Assembly (NCBI RefSeq): GCF_035910975.1
Contig: NZ_JAMHWM010000026.1
Coordinates: 63,042-127,041, forward strand
Direction: 5' to 3'
Source: Sphingomonas sp.
GTDB lineage: Bacteria; Pseudomonadota; Alphaproteobacteria; Sphingomonadales; Sphingomonadaceae
DNA length: 64,000 nt
The notes beneath the pieces were generated by a model. It was not told the origin of the DNA and did no database searches. It saw only the letters and a list, made by a program, of their open reading frames with translations. Made by a program: the position numbers and the translations under genes. Of this stretch, positions 25,854-38,363 are shown in pieces (position 1 is the stretch's first letter; the number at the start of each line of letters is the position of its first letter).

Positions 25854-28193
25854 ATGATCCGCACCGTTCGTTCCACTCGCATGTTCCTCGCGCTCGGCGC
25901 CAGCGTCGCCGCGCTTGCCTCCGCCGCGCCGGCCGCCGCGCAGGACGCCGCCCCCGCAGCGGCGACGGAAGCCGCCGAGAATTCGGGCGACATCATCGTC
26001 ACCGCGCGCCGCCGCGAGGAATCGCTGCTGAACGTGCCGATCGCGGTCACCGCCTTCTCGGGCGCGCAGCTTGAGGCGTCGGGGGCGATCGACGTCACCG
26101 ATATCGCGGCCGTCACTCCCAACGTGACGCTGGAGGTGTCGCGCGGCACCAATTCGACGCTCAGCGCCTTCATCCGCGGCGTCGGCCAGCAGGATCCGGT
26201 CGCGGGCTTCGAGGCCGGCGTCGGCATCTACCTCGACGACGTCTACCTCAATCGTCCGCAGGCCGCCGTGCTCGACATCTACGACGTCGAGCGGATCGAG
26301 GTGCTGCGCGGGCCGCAGGGCACGCTCTATGGCCGCAACACGATCGGCGGCGCCGTCAAATACGTCACCCGCCGGCTGGGCGACGATCCCAAGCTCTATG
26401 TGCGCGGCACCTACGGCAGCTACAACCAGGCCGACGGCGTGATCTCGGGCTCGGTCCCGATCGGTGACGGCACGGTGAAGATCGGCGCGGCGGTCGCGCG
26501 CCTGACCCGCGAGGGCTTCGGCAAGAACCTGACGACGGGCGACGAGAACTACAACAAGGACATCTGGGCCGCGCGCGGCACGCTGCAGGTCGAGCCGTCG
26601 TCGTCGGCGTTCTTCCGCCTGTCCGGCGACTATACGATGGACAAGTCGAACCCGCGCGGCGGCCACCGCCTGATCGCGGGGCTGGCCAGCAACATACCGG
26701 TGCTGGCCAAGGTCTATGACACGCGCGGCGGCCTGCGCGATCCCGAGCAGAAGGTGGAGGCCTATGGCGGGTCGTTCTTCGCGGAGTTGAAGCCCGCCGA
26801 CTGGCTGACGTTCCGGTCGATCACCGGCTATCGCAAGGACGATTCGGGCACCCCGATCGATTTCGACGCGCTGCCCGCGGTCGATGTCGACGTGCCCGCC
26901 TTCTACAACAACAAGCAGTTTTCGCAGGAAGCGCAGCTGCTGGTCGATAGCGGCGGCTTCTCCGGCCTGCTCGGCCTCTACTATCTCGATGCCAAGGCGC
27001 GCACCGTGTTCGACGTGCGCCTGCCCGGCGGCGTCACCGCGCTGACCTTCGGCAACGTGGAGACCGACACGGTCGCGATCTTCGGCGACTTCACCTATGA
27101 TCTGTCGCCGATGTTCTCGGCGTCGGTCGGCGGTCGCTACACCTGGGACAGCCGCCAGTCGTCGATCCTGCGGCGTACTTATCTGGGCGGCGGATCGCCG
27201 TTCTTCGGCGGCGCCGGCACGCTGTTCGCCACCACGTCCGACTTCACCGGCTCGGCCAACTTCTCGAAGTTCACCCCGCGCGGATCGATCAGCTTCAAGC
27301 CCAGCCCGGATCACACGCTCTATGCGAGCTATTCGAAGGGCTTCAAGGGCGGCGGCTTCGATCCGCGCGGCCAGTCGACCGCGTGCCGCACCCCGGCCGG
27401 CGCGGTGTGCACCTCGGCGGAGATCTACGACTTCCTGTCGTTCGATCCGGAAACGGTCGACAGCTATGAAGTCGGCTACAAGGCGGCGCTGTTCGACCGC
27501 CGCCTGACCTTCGCGCTCGCCGGCTTCCACGCCAAGTACAAGGACGTGCAGGTGCCCGGATCGATCGGCACCACGGTGGCCGGCCAGCAGACCTTCATCG
27601 GCATCACCACCAACGCCGGCGCCGCGCGCATCAACGGCTTCGAGGCGGAGGTCAATGCGACGCTCGCCCGCGGCCTCGCCGCCGACAGCGACCGGCTGAC
27701 CCTGTCGGGTACCGCCGGCTATCTCGACGCGAAATACACGACGTACATCGATTCGCGCGGCATCAACGTCGCCAGCCGCCGCAAATTCCAGAACACGCCC
27801 GACTGGACGGCAAGCGGCACGCTCGCCTATTCGTCGCCGGTCGGCGACAGCGGATCGGTCGATATGTCGACCACCCTGTCCTATCGCGGCGACTCGCAGC
27901 AGTTCGAACTCGCCATCCCCCAGCTCGACCAGCCCGCCTATGCGCTGTGGGACGCCAATCTGGTGTGGAGCATCAACGACACATTCTCGCTGGGCGTCCA
28001 CGGCCGTAACCTTACCGACAAGCGTTACGTGGTGTCGGGCTACAACTTCCTGCGCCAGAACCCCGACACCGGCCAGTTCGTCCTGGCGAACGGCCAGCCG
28101 GGCCTCAGCTCGACGCTGGGCGCCGAGGGTGTCCTGACCGCCTATTACGGCAACCCGCGCCAGGTGTTCGCCACCTTCACCGCGCGCTTCTGA
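25854..28193 (+). CDS. TonB-dependent receptor
   Basis: DIIVTARRREE, GIYLDDVY, VERIEVLRGPQGTLYGRNTIGGA; C-terminal TARF. Confidence 0.95.
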   Translation: MIRTVRSTRMFLALGASVAALASAAPAAAQDAAPAAATEAAENSGDIIVTARRREESLLNVPIAVTAFSGAQLEASGAIDVTDIAAVTPNVTLEVSRGTNSTLSAFIRGVGQQDPVAGFEAGVGIYLDDVYLNRPQAAVLDIYDVERIEVLRGPQGTLYGRNTIGGAVKYVTRRLGDDPKLYVRGTYGSYNQADGVISGSVPIGDGTVKIGAAVARLTREGFGKNLTTGDENYNKDIWAARGTLQVEPSSSAFFRLSGDYTMDKSNPRGGHRLIAGLASNIPVLAKVYDTRGGLRDPEQKVEAYGGSFFAELKPADWLTFRSITGYRKDDSGTPIDFDALPAVDVDVPAFYNNKQFSQEAQLLVDSGGFSGLLGLYYLDAKARTVFDVRLPGGVTALTFGNVETDTVAIFGDFTYDLSPMFSASVGGRYTWDSRQSSILRRTYLGGGSPFFGGAGTLFATTSDFTGSANFSKFTPRGSISFKPSPDHTLYASYSKGFKGGGFDPRGQSTACRTPAGAVCTSAEIYDFLSFDPETVDSYEVGYKAALFDRRLTFALAGFHAKYKDVQVPGSIGTTVAGQQTFIGITTNAGAARINGFEAEVNATLARGLAADSDRLTLSGTAGYLDAKYTTYIDSRGINVASRRKFQNTPDWTASGTLAYSSPVGDSGSVDMSTTLSYRGDSQQFELAIPQLDQPAYALWDANLVWSINDTFSLGVHGRNLTDKRYVVSGYNFLRQNPDTGQFVLANGQPGLSSTLGAEGVLTAYYGNPRQVFATFTARF

Positions 28194-28218
28194 TCCGCTC
28201 GTCGCAGCGGTAAACGGG

Positions 28219-28257
28219 GGAAGGGCCGGGCTTTCGTTTGACGAAGGTCCGGCCCTT
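28219..28257 (+). terminator. Hairpin after the TBDR
   Basis: AAGGGCCGGGCTTTCG-TTTGA-CGAAGGTCCGGCCCTT. Confidence 0.45.
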
Positions 28258-28280
28258 GCCGCATCAAGGCCGGAGCCCAC

Positions 28281-28319
28281 CCGGTTCGCCCTGAGCTTGT
28301 CGAAGGGCTGCCCGAACGG
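28281..28319. repeat. REP-like element, family A, internally deleted copy
   Basis: CCGGTTCGCCCTGAGCTTGTCGAAGGGC…CGAACGG: one arm plus the terminal end. Confidence 0.7.
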
Positions 28320-28344
28320 TCAGGGGCCGGGGGAGAGAGACACG

Positions 28345-29622
28345 ATGACCAGCGTCACGCACACGCCGCCCAGCCGGCGCTACGCCAACACCGTGCTGGC
28401 GATGCTGTTCATCGTCTACACCTTCAACTTCCTCGACCGGCAGATCCTCGGCATCCTCGTTCAGCCGATCAAGGCCGACCTGGGGCTGACCGACACCCAG
28501 CTCGGCGCACTGGGTGGCATCGCCTTCGCCCTCCTCTATTCGACGCTCGCAATTCCCCTCGCGATCGTCGCGGATCGCACCAGCCGCAGCTGGGTCATCA
28601 CCATCTCGCTGACCGTCTGGAGCGGGTTCACCGCGCTGTGCGGCCTCGCCACCGGCTTCTGGAGCCTGTTCCTCGCGCGGCTGGGCGTCGGCGTGGGAGA
28701 GGCGGGCGGCGTCGCCCCCTCCTACGCGATGATCGCCGATTATTTCCCGCCGGAACGCCGGGCGCGTGCGCTCGCCATCTACTCGATGGGCATTCCGATC
28801 GGGCTGGCGATGGGCGCGATCCTGGGCGGCTGGATCGCCGCGACGGTCGACTGGCGCACCGCCTTCATCGTCGTCGGCATCGCCGGCATCCTCGTCGCAC
28901 CGATCTTTCGCCTGGTGGTGAAGGAGCCGCTGCGCGGCGGCGCCGATCCGTCCGGCCCCGCCCCCAAGGTCGCGGTGCCCGTCTCCGCCGTCTTCCCGAT
29001 CCTGGCGAAGAAGCCCAGCTTCTGGCTGATGGCCTTCGCCGCGGCGTTCAGCTCGATGTGCGGCTACGGCCTCGCCTTCTGGTCACCGTCGCTGCTGATC
29101 CGCAGCTTCGGGTTCGACCTGTGGGGCGCGTCGCTGTTCTTCGGCTCGCTGCTGCTGGTCGGCGGCACGCTGGGCGTGTTCGCCGGCGGCTGGTTCGCCG
29201 ACAAGCTCGGCGGGCGCGATCGGGGCAATTACGCGAAGCTGCCGGCGATCGCCTGGCTCGTCACGCTGCCGCTGTTCGCCGCGGGTTTCTGGAGCAGTTC
29301 GCCGTGGGTCGCCTGGGCGTTCCTCGTCATCCCCAACGGCCTCAACATCCTGTGGCTGGGGCCGGTCACCACCGCGGTCCAGAACCTGGTGCCGCCGCAG
29401 ATGCGCGCGACGGCATCGGCGTGCTTCCTGTTCATCAACAACCTGATCGGGCTGGGCGCGGGCAGCTGGGTGATGGGCGCGATGTCGGATGGGATGACCG
29501 CGCAGTTCGGCAACGAATCGCTGCGCTACTCGCTGATCGCGGCGACCAGTTTCTATCTGGTCGCGGCGGTGCTGATGTTCGCGGCGGTGAAGCATCTACG
29601 GAAGGACTGGGTGGAGGCGTAA
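28345..29622 (+). CDS. Spinster-like MFS transporter
   Basis: YTFNFLDRQILGIL, GVGVGEAGG and DYFPPERRARA; about 12 TM; start ATG 28345. Confidence 0.9.
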   Translation: MTSVTHTPPSRRYANTVLAMLFIVYTFNFLDRQILGILVQPIKADLGLTDTQLGALGGIAFALLYSTLAIPLAIVADRTSRSWVITISLTVWSGFTALCGLATGFWSLFLARLGVGVGEAGGVAPSYAMIADYFPPERRARALAIYSMGIPIGLAMGAILGGWIAATVDWRTAFIVVGIAGILVAPIFRLVVKEPLRGGADPSGPAPKVAVPVSAVFPILAKKPSFWLMAFAAAFSSMCGYGLAFWSPSLLIRSFGFDLWGASLFFGSLLLVGGTLGVFAGGWFADKLGGRDRGNYAKLPAIAWLVTLPLFAAGFWSSSPWVAWAFLVIPNGLNILWLGPVTTAVQNLVPPQMRATASACFLFINNLIGLGAGSWVMGAMSDGMTAQFGNESLRYSLIAATSFYLVAAVLMFAAVKHLRKDWVEA

Positions 29623-29670
29623 TCGCCACGCCGTCAGACGGGGCCGCTTCGCGCCCCCGCTGGCCGCCCG

Positions 29671-31140
<1,470 letters not shown>

Positions 31141-31160
31141 GTCTTGCCTTGATTGCACAC

Positions 31161-31253
31161 CGTCATCCCCGCACGCGGGAATCAATTCTGGCTGAACCGG
31201 CGAGGGTCGCGACGGCTGGGTGAGGTCAACCCCGCCTACGCGGGAATGGCATG
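31161..31253. repeat. REP/REPIN-like element, family B, degenerate
   Basis: CGTCATCCCCGCACGCGGGAATC … ACCCCGCCTACGCGGGAATGGCATG. Confidence 0.65.
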
Positions 31254-31278
31254 CGGGGAAAGGGTCGGCCCGCCGGCA

Positions 31279-31686
31279 TCACTCCGGCGGCGCGACCTGC
31301 CCCAGCCGCCAGTCGTTCCCATCGAAGATGTCGCGCAGATAGCTGCCCGCGTGGTCATATTCGATCGCGGTCCCGGCCGGACAACCCAACAGCGGCAGAT
31401 GATGCCGCAACAGGTCGCGCGTCGCGCCGACGTTCTGCGTGTCGATGTCCACCCCGCAATATTCGATCTCGCGATGACCGCTCGCATCCAGGTCACTTAG
31501 CCCCGTTCCGCCCCCGCTGACGCAACCGAGTCCCGCCAGCCGCAATTCGGCATCGAGCGGGTCTTCGTAAGTGGCGCCACGCGCTTCGGGATCGATCGGC
31601 GCGGGGATGCGGACATAGACGAGGTGATCCGCGCCAGCGGCCGGCGGCGGGGGCGGACTTCCGAACAGTTTCCACAGCCAGTTCAC
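31279..31686 (-). CDS. Hypothetical protein, 135 aa
   Basis: GTG 31686 just after the pheT stop: MNWLWKLFGSPPPPPA…YEDPLDAELRLAGLGCVSGGGT…YCGVDID; globular composition. Confidence 0.7.
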   Translation of the reverse strand: MNWLWKLFGSPPPPPAAGADHLVYVRIPAPIDPEARGATYEDPLDAELRLAGLGCVSGGGTGLSDLDASGHREIEYCGVDIDTQNVGATRDLLRHHLPLLGCPAGTAIEYDHAGSYLRDIFDGNDWRLGQVAPPE

Positions 31687-31709
31687 GAGCCCAGTCCCGC
31701 CACCGATCT

Positions 31710-34130
31710 CTATCCCCGCAAAACCGCGCCCAGCTTCGCCGCCGCCGCCACCACCTTGTCGGCGATGCCCTTCAATTCCTCGTCGGTGAAGCTCTTCGCT
31801 CCGGGCTGGAGCGTCACTTCGACGGCCAGGCTGGTCTGGTCTTCCTTCACGAAGCGGTCGAACAGGCGGGCATCGACGATCGCCGCCTTGTCCGCGCCCC
31901 TGATCGCGCGAACGAGGTCGCCCGCCTTCAGTTCCGCCGGCACCAGGAAGGCGAAGTCGCGCGTCACCGCCTGCAGTGCGGGCGGCGTATAGGCCGGGCG
32001 CATGAAACCCTGCTGCCCACGCTTGGCCGGAATTGCGTCGAGATAGAGTTCGACCGCCGCGACATCGCCCGACAGGTCGAACGCGCGCACGGTCGACGGA
32101 TGGAGGATACCGAACGCCGCCAGCACCGTCTTCGGTCCCAGCCGTAGTGTCGCCGACTGGCCGGGGTGCCAGACCTCGCCCGCCTCGCCCATCACCTGGA
32201 GGTTGCCGACGGGCGCGCCGGCGGCCTCGAGCAGCGCGAGCGCCTCCGCCTTGACGTCGAACGCGTCGAAGCCCCGCGCCTTGCCCTGCGCCCAGCCGCG
32301 CGGTCGCGCGTCGCCGGCCAGCACCACGCCCAGCGTCAGGCGCTCTCCGTCCGCCAGATAGCGCCGGCCGATCTCGAACAGCCGGATGCTGTCCGCACCG
32401 CGCTTCGCGTTGCGCTCGGCCGCCGCGAGCAGGCCGGGCAGCAGCGAGGTGCGCATGACCTTCATGTCCTCGCTGATCGGGTTGGCGAGCGTCCATGCGC
32501 CGCCGCCGAACGCTGCCGCCTCGGTTTCGCTGATGAAGCTCCACGTCACCGCCTCGGCCAGGCCGCGCGCGGCGGCGGTGCGGCGAAGCTTGCGCTCCAG
32601 CAACTGAACCGGCGTCGCGGTCGGCCGGGCGACGCCGGGCGCGCGCGGCAGCGGCATCGAGGGCACCTTGTCCAGCCCTTCTATACGGATCACTTCCTCG
32701 ACCAGATCCTCCGGCCCGTCGATGTCGCGCCGCCACGTCGGCACGGTCACGCGGAAGGCGTCGAATGCGGCCTCCACCTCCACCGGATCGCCGTTGGCGT
32801 CGAGCGGCGCGACCGTGAAGCCAAGGCTCTCCAGGATCGCCTGCTGCCGCGCCGGCGCCACCGCCAGCCCGCCCAGCGTCTCGGCCAGCGTCGGGTCATA
32901 GCCCAGGATGCGCCGCTCGTTCGGCGCACTGCCTGCGCGGGTGATTCCGCTCGCCGTCCCGCCGCAATGATCGAGCACCAGCCCGGTCGCGATGGCCAAC
33001 CCGTCCTCCAGGAACGCCGGATCGACCCCCCGCTCAAACCGCTGGCGCGCGTCGCTGGTCAGCGCCAGCTTCTGCCCGGTCCGCGCGATCGCCTCGGGCG
33101 TGAAATAGGCGCATTCGATCAGCACATCGATGGTCGTGTCGGACACGCCCGAATCCTCGCCGCCCATGATGCCGCCGATATCGTGCACCTGGGCGTCATC
33201 GGCGATGACGGTCATTCCCTCGGCCAGCGTGTAGGTCTTGCCGTTAAGCGCCAGCACCTGCTCGTCCGCCTTCGCCCTGCGCGCGACGAGCGGTCCAGCC
33301 AGCTTCGCGCGGTCGTAGACGTGGAGCGGCCGCCCGAGATCGACCGACACGAAATTGGTGATGTCGACCAGTACCGAGATCGGCTTCTGCCCGATCGCGG
33401 TCAGGTAACGCCGCATCCATTCGGGCGATGAACCGTTCACGACGCCCGACACCGCCTGTGCGTAGAAGGCTGGGCAGCCTTCGGGATCGTCGATCCGCAC
33501 GTCGGGGCCGGCGCCTTCGCCCGCGATCGGCGCGATCGCGTCGCGGCGATAGACCTCCGCCAGCGGCCTGAGCGTGCCCAGTCCGGCCGCCGCCAGATCG
33601 CGCGCGATGCCGCGCACGCCCATGCAGTCCTGCCGGTTGGGCGTGATCGCCACGTCGAACACCGGATCGCTCAGCCCGACATAGTCGGGATAGGCGGTGC
33701 CGACGGGTGCATCGCCGGGCAGTTCGATGATCCCTTCATGCCCTTCGCCGATCTGAAGCTCGCGCGCCGAACACATCATCCCGCGCGATTCGACGCCGCG
33801 GATCGCCGCGACCTTCAGCGTGATGTCGGCGCCCGGCACATAGGCGCCCGGCGGGCCGAACACGCCGACCAGCCCGGCGCGTGCATTGGGCGCGCCGCAC
33901 ACCACCTGCACGGGTCCGTCGCCGGCATCGACCGACAGCACCTGAAGCTTGTCTGCCTGCGGGTGCCGTTCGGCCGACAGCACCTTCGCGACGCGGAACG
34001 CGCCCAGCGCCACGCCGGGATTTTCGATGCCTTCGACTTCCAGACCGATGCGGGTCAGCGCCTCGGCAACCTGATCGACGGTCGCGTCCGTCTCGAGATG
34101 CTCCTTGAGCCAGCTCAGCGTGAACTTCAT
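31710..34130 (-). CDS. pheT: Phenylalanine-tRNA ligase beta subunit
   Basis: MKFTLSWLK at ATG 34130 (ATGA overlap with pheS), [22 protein letters not shown] and TRDFAF. Confidence 0.97.
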   Translation of the reverse strand: MKFTLSWLKEHLETDATVDQVAEALTRIGLEVEGIENPGVALGAFRVAKVLSAERHPQADKLQVLSVDAGDGPVQVVCGAPNARAGLVGVFGPPGAYVPGADITLKVAAIRGVESRGMMCSARELQIGEGHEGIIELPGDAPVGTAYPDYVGLSDPVFDVAITPNRQDCMGVRGIARDLAAAGLGTLRPLAEVYRRDAIAPIAGEGAGPDVRIDDPEGCPAFYAQAVSGVVNGSSPEWMRRYLTAIGQKPISVLVDITNFVSVDLGRPLHVYDRAKLAGPLVARRAKADEQVLALNGKTYTLAEGMTVIADDAQVHDIGGIMGGEDSGVSDTTIDVLIECAYFTPEAIARTGQKLALTSDARQRFERGVDPAFLEDGLAIATGLVLDHCGGTASGITRAGSAPNERRILGYDPTLAETLGGLAVAPARQQAILESLGFTVAPLDANGDPVEVEAAFDAFRVTVPTWRRDIDGPEDLVEEVIRIEGLDKVPSMPLPRAPGVARPTATPVQLLERKLRRTAAARGLAEAVTWSFISETEAAAFGGGAWTLANPISEDMKVMRTSLLPGLLAAAERNAKRGADSIRLFEIGRRYLADGERLTLGVVLAGDARPRGWAQGKARGFDAFDVKAEALALLEAAGAPVGNLQVMGEAGEVWHPGQSATLRLGPKTVLAAFGILHPSTVRAFDLSGDVAAVELYLDAIPAKRGQQGFMRPAYTPPALQAVTRDFAFLVPAELKAGDLVRAIRGADKAAIVDARLFDRFVKEDQTSLAVEVTLQPGAKSFTDEELKGIADKVVAAAAKLGAVLRG

Positions 34131-35200
34131 GCCCCGACTCCTCCCGACAGCGTGGGCACGTCGAGCGCGGAGAAGCCGTAATGGCGCAGCCAGCGCAGGT
34201 CGCCGTCGAAGAAGGCGCGCAAATCGTCCATCCCGTATTTGAGCATCGCGAGGCGATCGACCCCGGTGCCGAACGCGAAGCCCTGCCATTCATCGGGGTC
34301 GAGCCCGGCGGCGGCGATCACGCGGCGGTGAACCATCCCGCTGCCCAGCACCTCCATCCAGCCTTCGGACCCGCCGATGACACGCTTTCCGTTGACGACG
34401 CTGTAGCCGACATCGACCTCCGCCGACGGTTCGGTGAAGGGGAAATAGCTGGGCCGCAGGCGCAGCACGATGTCGTCGCGCTCGAAGAACGCCTTCAGGA
34501 ACGTCTCCAGCGTCCACTTAAGGTGGCCCATGGTGATGCCCTTGTCGATCACCAGCCCCTCGATCTGGTGGAACATCGGTGTGTGGGTGGCGTCCGAATC
34601 CGAACGATAGACGCGGCCCGGCGCGATGATGCGGATCGGCGGCTTCTGCGCCATCATCGTGCGGATCTGCACAGGACTCGTATGGGTCCGCAGAACCATC
34701 GGCCGCTCATGTTCGCCGGCAAGATAGAAGGTATCGTGCATCGCACGCGCCGGGTGTGTCTCCGGGATATTGAGCGCGGTGAAGTTATGCCAGTCGTCCT
34801 CGATCTCCGGACCCGTCGCCACCGCGAAGCCGAGGTCGGCGAAGATTTCCGCCAGCTCGTCCATCACCTGGCTGACGGGATGCACCCCGCCCGGCGCGGG
34901 CGGATCGACCGGCAGCGTCATGTCGAGCGTCTCGCTCGCCAGCCGCGTGTCGAGCACGTCGCGCTCCATCCCTGCCTTTCGGGTGGCGATCGCGTCGGTC
35001 ACCGCCTCGCGCAGCGCATGGATGCGCGGGCCGGTCGCCTGCCGCTCCTCGGGCGACATGCCGCCCAGCGTCTTGAGCAGCCCGGTGACCGCCCCCTGCT
35101 TGCCCAGCGCATGCACGCGTACGGCATCCAGCGCATCGAGGCTGCCGGCGGCATCGACCGATGCGAGCAGGTCGGTGCGGAGTTGGTCGAGATCGGTCAT
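34127..35200 (-). CDS. pheS: Phenylalanine-tRNA ligase alpha subunit
   Basis: [30 protein letters not shown] and YFPFTEPS. Confidence 0.98.
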   Translation of the reverse strand: MTDLDQLRTDLLASVDAAGSLDALDAVRVHALGKQGAVTGLLKTLGGMSPEERQATGPRIHALREAVTDAIATRKAGMERDVLDTRLASETLDMTLPVDPPAPGGVHPVSQVMDELAEIFADLGFAVATGPEIEDDWHNFTALNIPETHPARAMHDTFYLAGEHERPMVLRTHTSPVQIRTMMAQKPPIRIIAPGRVYRSDSDATHTPMFHQIEGLVIDKGITMGHLKWTLETFLKAFFERDDIVLRLRPSYFPFTEPSAEVDVGYSVVNGKRVIGGSEGWMEVLGSGMVHRRVIAAAGLDPDEWQGFAFGTGVDRLAMLKYGMDDLRAFFDGDLRWLRHYGFSALDVPTLSGGVGA

Positions 35201-35211
35201 TCGTCAAATTT

Positions 35212-35295
35212 CCGTTCGCCCAGAGCGTGTCGAAGGGCTGCCCTTCTTCGCTCGGTTGGAAAGTGCAGGGCTTCGACAAGCTCAGCCCGAACCGG
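35212..35295. repeat. REP/REPIN-like element, family A
   Basis: CCGTTCGCCCAGAGCGTGTCGAAGGGC … GGGCTTCGACAAGCTCAGCCCGAACCGG. Confidence 0.85.
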
Positions 35296-35329
35296 GTTCG
35301 GCGGCTTGCGATAGCTTCCCCGCTCGCTA

Positions 35330-35372
35330 ACGAAAAGGGCGCCGGCGGTTACCCGCCAACGCCCCTGGTTTC
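35330..35372 (-). terminator. Rho-independent terminator after rplT
   Basis: Minus strand GGGGCGTTGGCGGGTAACCGCCGGCGCCC followed by TTTTCGTT. Confidence 0.6.
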
Positions 35373-35439
35373 GTCGCTACAGTGCGATCGGGCCGCCACG
35401 TCGTCGAACGTGGCGAAGCCTGAATCAGCTGACGCTAAC

Positions 35440-35808
35440 TCAGGCCGCCTGTGCCGGCAACGCCGCCTTCGCCTGCGCGACGATGGCGCTAAACGCCTCG
35501 CCTTCGTGCATCGCGATGTCGGCCAGCACCTTCCGGTCGAGTTCGATGCCGGCGAGCTTCAGCCCGTGCATGAACTGCGAATAGGTCAGGCCTTCGGCGC
35601 GGACGCCGGCGTTGATGCGCTGGATCCACAGGCCGCGGAACGTGCGCTTCTTAACCTTGCGGTCGCGATAAGCGTACTGGCCGGCCTTTTCGACGGCCTG
35701 GCGCGCGACGCGGATCGTGTTCTTGCGACGGCCGCGATAGCCCTTCGCCTGATCCAGAATCCGCTTGTGCTTCAGCTTCGTGGTCGTGCCACGTTTCACT
35801 CGTGCCAT
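35440..35808 (-). CDS. rplT: 50S ribosomal protein L20
   Basis: MARVKRG…[10 protein letters not shown]…LWIQRINA…[10 protein letters not shown]. Confidence 0.99.
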   Translation of the reverse strand: MARVKRGTTTKLKHKRILDQAKGYRGRRKNTIRVARQAVEKAGQYAYRDRKVKKRTFRGLWIQRINAGVRAEGLTYSQFMHGLKLAGIELDRKVLADIAMHEGEAFSAIVAQAKAALPAQAA

Positions 35809-35823
35809 GTCTCAGGGCCTCCC

Positions 35824-36027
35824 TTAGCGCAGGCCGTACGGCGCCCACTGGCGCACGTGCGCCACGTCGGCGTCGGCGAGCACGGACGTGCCCCGGTTCT
35901 GGCGGATGTACTTCGCGTTGTGCGAGATCAGGCGGTGGCGCTTGCCCGCGACACCGTGCTTGACCTTGCCGGTGGCGGTGAACTTGAAGCGCTTCTTCAC
36001 CCCACTCTTGGTCTTGAGCTTGGGCAT
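35824..36027 (-). CDS. rpmI: 50S ribosomal protein L35
   Basis: [23 protein letters not shown] from ATG 36027. Confidence 0.98.
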   Translation of the reverse strand: MPKLKTKSGVKKRFKFTATGKVKHGVAGKRHRLISHNAKYIRQNRGTSVLADADVAHVRQWAPYGLR

Positions 36028-36118
36028 TTTCGTCCTTTCACATCGGGCGATTTTCGAACAGCCTTGGCAGCCCACACTGGCCAGGCGGTTCCGTTATGCA
36101 AATCGCGGAAGTGGGCGC

Positions 36119-36146
36119 CCCTAGCGAACCCCCCGCGCAAATGCAA
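36119..36146 (-). promoter_or_regulatory. Sigma70-like promoter of rpmI-rplT
   Basis: TTGCAT-16 nt-CTAGGG followed by a GC-rich discriminator. Confidence 0.45.
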
Positions 36147-36195
36147 CCACGCGGGGCGGGAACCAGCGGGGCGGCCGGCACATTGACGCCGTTCC

Positions 36196-38301
36196 ATGCC
36201 CGACACGACCGCGCCTCCGCCACCACACCTGCCGATTCGCACCCCGCTGGCGGTCGCGGTGTCGGTGCTGGCGACGATCCTCGGTCTGGCGGTGCTCACC
36301 TGGGGCGTGCTCTACGTCACCAAGGGGCGGTTCCTGCGCCCCAGCTTCGAATCGGTCGCCGGCACGCTGACCGATCGCCAGGTCCGCGTCGACGGCGACT
36401 TCCAGCTCTACTTCGATCCCTTCGACCTGAAATTCGTCGCGGAACGCATCTCGGTCTCCAACCCCGGCTGGGCTAGCCGGCCCAACCTGTTCGCGGCCGA
36501 TTCGGTCCACACCCGCATCCGGCCCCTGTCGCTGGTCTTTGGCCGCTATCACGCGCGTTTCCTCGATCTCAGGAACGCCGCGATCGATCTCGAATGGAAT
36601 GAAGATCGCCGCAACACCTGGACGTTCGGCGAGAGGAAGGGCGATCCCGTCGAACTGCCGATCATCGATCGAGCGGTGCTTGCCGGCACCACGCTGCGCT
36701 ACCGCGACCCGCAGTTGCGCCTGCTGGCCGACCTGAAATTCCAGACGGTGCGTTCGGACGGCAACCGGATCGCCGATGCGGTGCGCTTTGCCGGAAACGG
36801 GGCGGTGCGCGACACGCCGTTCACCGTCACCGGCGCGCTGCTGTCGCCCAACGACACCGCGGGCGGCGGGCGCAACCAGCTACGGCTCGCCGCCCGCGCG
36901 GCGGGCAACGACATCACCGTCGCCGGCACGCTGCCCAGCCTTGCCGACATCGAGAATGTCCCGCTCAGGACGACGGCGCGCGGCGCTAACCTGGCGACGC
37001 TGCTCGGCATCATCGGCGTCGTCCTGCCCGATACCCGCGATTACCGCGCATCCGCCAATCTGGTGAAATCGGGCGACGTCTACACCTTCACCGGCCTGCA
37101 GGGGCGATTCGGCAACAGCGACCTCGCCGGCAAGTTCGCCGCCGACGCGAGCGGCGACCGGCTGCTGATGACGGCGGACCTCGCGACCCGCGCGCTCGAC
37201 ATCGTCGATGCCGCGCCGTTCATCGGCTACAACCCCGATACCGTGGCGGCGAAGGGCGCGGTCGCCGCCGCTGCCGAAACCGGCGCGGGACCGGCCCGCG
37301 TGCTGCCGGATGCCACGTTCCCCGTCGAATCAATGCAGGTGTTCGACGCGAAGGTGAAATGGACGATCCGTGACGTCCGGTCGAGGAGCGTGCCGATCTC
37401 CAGCGTCGACCTGACGCTCGATCTCGATCGCGGGCGGTTGGAACTGTCGCCGTTCAGCTTCGCGATGGCGCGCGGCAACGTCGCGTCGGACCTGGTGTTC
37501 GACACCCGCCAGCGCCCCACCGCCGCCAGCTACGACATCCGCCTCGCGCCGACCCCGCTCGGCACACTCCTGGCGGGCTGGGGCGTCGAACAGTCGGGCA
37601 CCTCGGGCATGGTCAAGGGCCGCATCCGGCTGGAGGGGCGCGGCGACACGATCCACGAGACGCTGGCAAGTTCGGCCGGGCGCATCGCCTTCGTCCTGCC
37701 CAAGGGGACGTTCTGGACCCGCAACGTCCAGCTTTCCGAACTCGATCTCGGCACCTTCGCGCAGAAGATGTTCGAGGGGAAGCTGAAGGAACCGGTACGG
37801 ATAAACTGCGGCCTGATCGGGTTCACCGTGCGTCGCGGGATCGCGGCGGCCGACCCGATCCTGATCGATACGAGCAAGAGCGTGATGCTCGGGCGCGGCG
37901 GGTTTTCGTTCCGCAACGAAACGCTCGACCTCGCCTTCCGCGCTGATTCCAAGAAGTTCAGCCTGTTCGCCGGCCAGTCGCCGGTCGGGGTGAACGGCAC
38001 CTTCGCGGCGCCCGGCGTCAATGTCATCAGCCCCGAACTGCTCGGCCGTGCCGGTGCCGGCCTGGGCCTTGCCGCCGTCGCCTCGCCGCTGGCGGGCGTG
38101 CTCGCCTTCGTCGATATCGGTGACGCCAAGGCGGCGGATTGCGGCCCCGTGCTCACCGGCGCCCGCGCCGCGGCACAGCGCACCGCCGGCGGCAAGCCGC
38201 GCGACGACGTCGGACGCGGAACTACCGCCACGTCGGAGGACGGGTCACGCTCCAAGGGCGAGCGGAAGGAACAGCGCAAGAAGTTTCTCGGCATCTTCTG
38301 A
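36196..38301 (+). CDS. AsmA-family protein
   Basis: N-terminal TM anchor, long beta-rich repeat-like body, GNSDLAG and INCGLIGF…LIDT AsmA C-terminal motif. Confidence 0.85.
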   Translation: MPDTTAPPPPHLPIRTPLAVAVSVLATILGLAVLTWGVLYVTKGRFLRPSFESVAGTLTDRQVRVDGDFQLYFDPFDLKFVAERISVSNPGWASRPNLFAADSVHTRIRPLSLVFGRYHARFLDLRNAAIDLEWNEDRRNTWTFGERKGDPVELPIIDRAVLAGTTLRYRDPQLRLLADLKFQTVRSDGNRIADAVRFAGNGAVRDTPFTVTGALLSPNDTAGGGRNQLRLAARAAGNDITVAGTLPSLADIENVPLRTTARGANLATLLGIIGVVLPDTRDYRASANLVKSGDVYTFTGLQGRFGNSDLAGKFAADASGDRLLMTADLATRALDIVDAAPFIGYNPDTVAAKGAVAAAAETGAGPARVLPDATFPVESMQVFDAKVKWTIRDVRSRSVPISSVDLTLDLDRGRLELSPFSFAMARGNVASDLVFDTRQRPTAASYDIRLAPTPLGTLLAGWGVEQSGTSGMVKGRIRLEGRGDTIHETLASSAGRIAFVLPKGTFWTRNVQLSELDLGTFAQKMFEGKLKEPVRINCGLIGFTVRRGIAAADPILIDTSKSVMLGRGGFSFRNETLDLAFRADSKKFSLFAGQSPVGVNGTFAAPGVNVISPELLGRAGAGLGLAAVASPLAGVLAFVDIGDAKAADCGPVLTGARAAAQRTAGGKPRDDVGRGTTATSEDGSRSKGERKEQRKKFLGIF

Positions 38302-38363
38302 TCGCGGCGCCCATCCGTCGGGCCCGGCTTCCCGACTCACCCCGCGCGGCGTACAGACGGACC

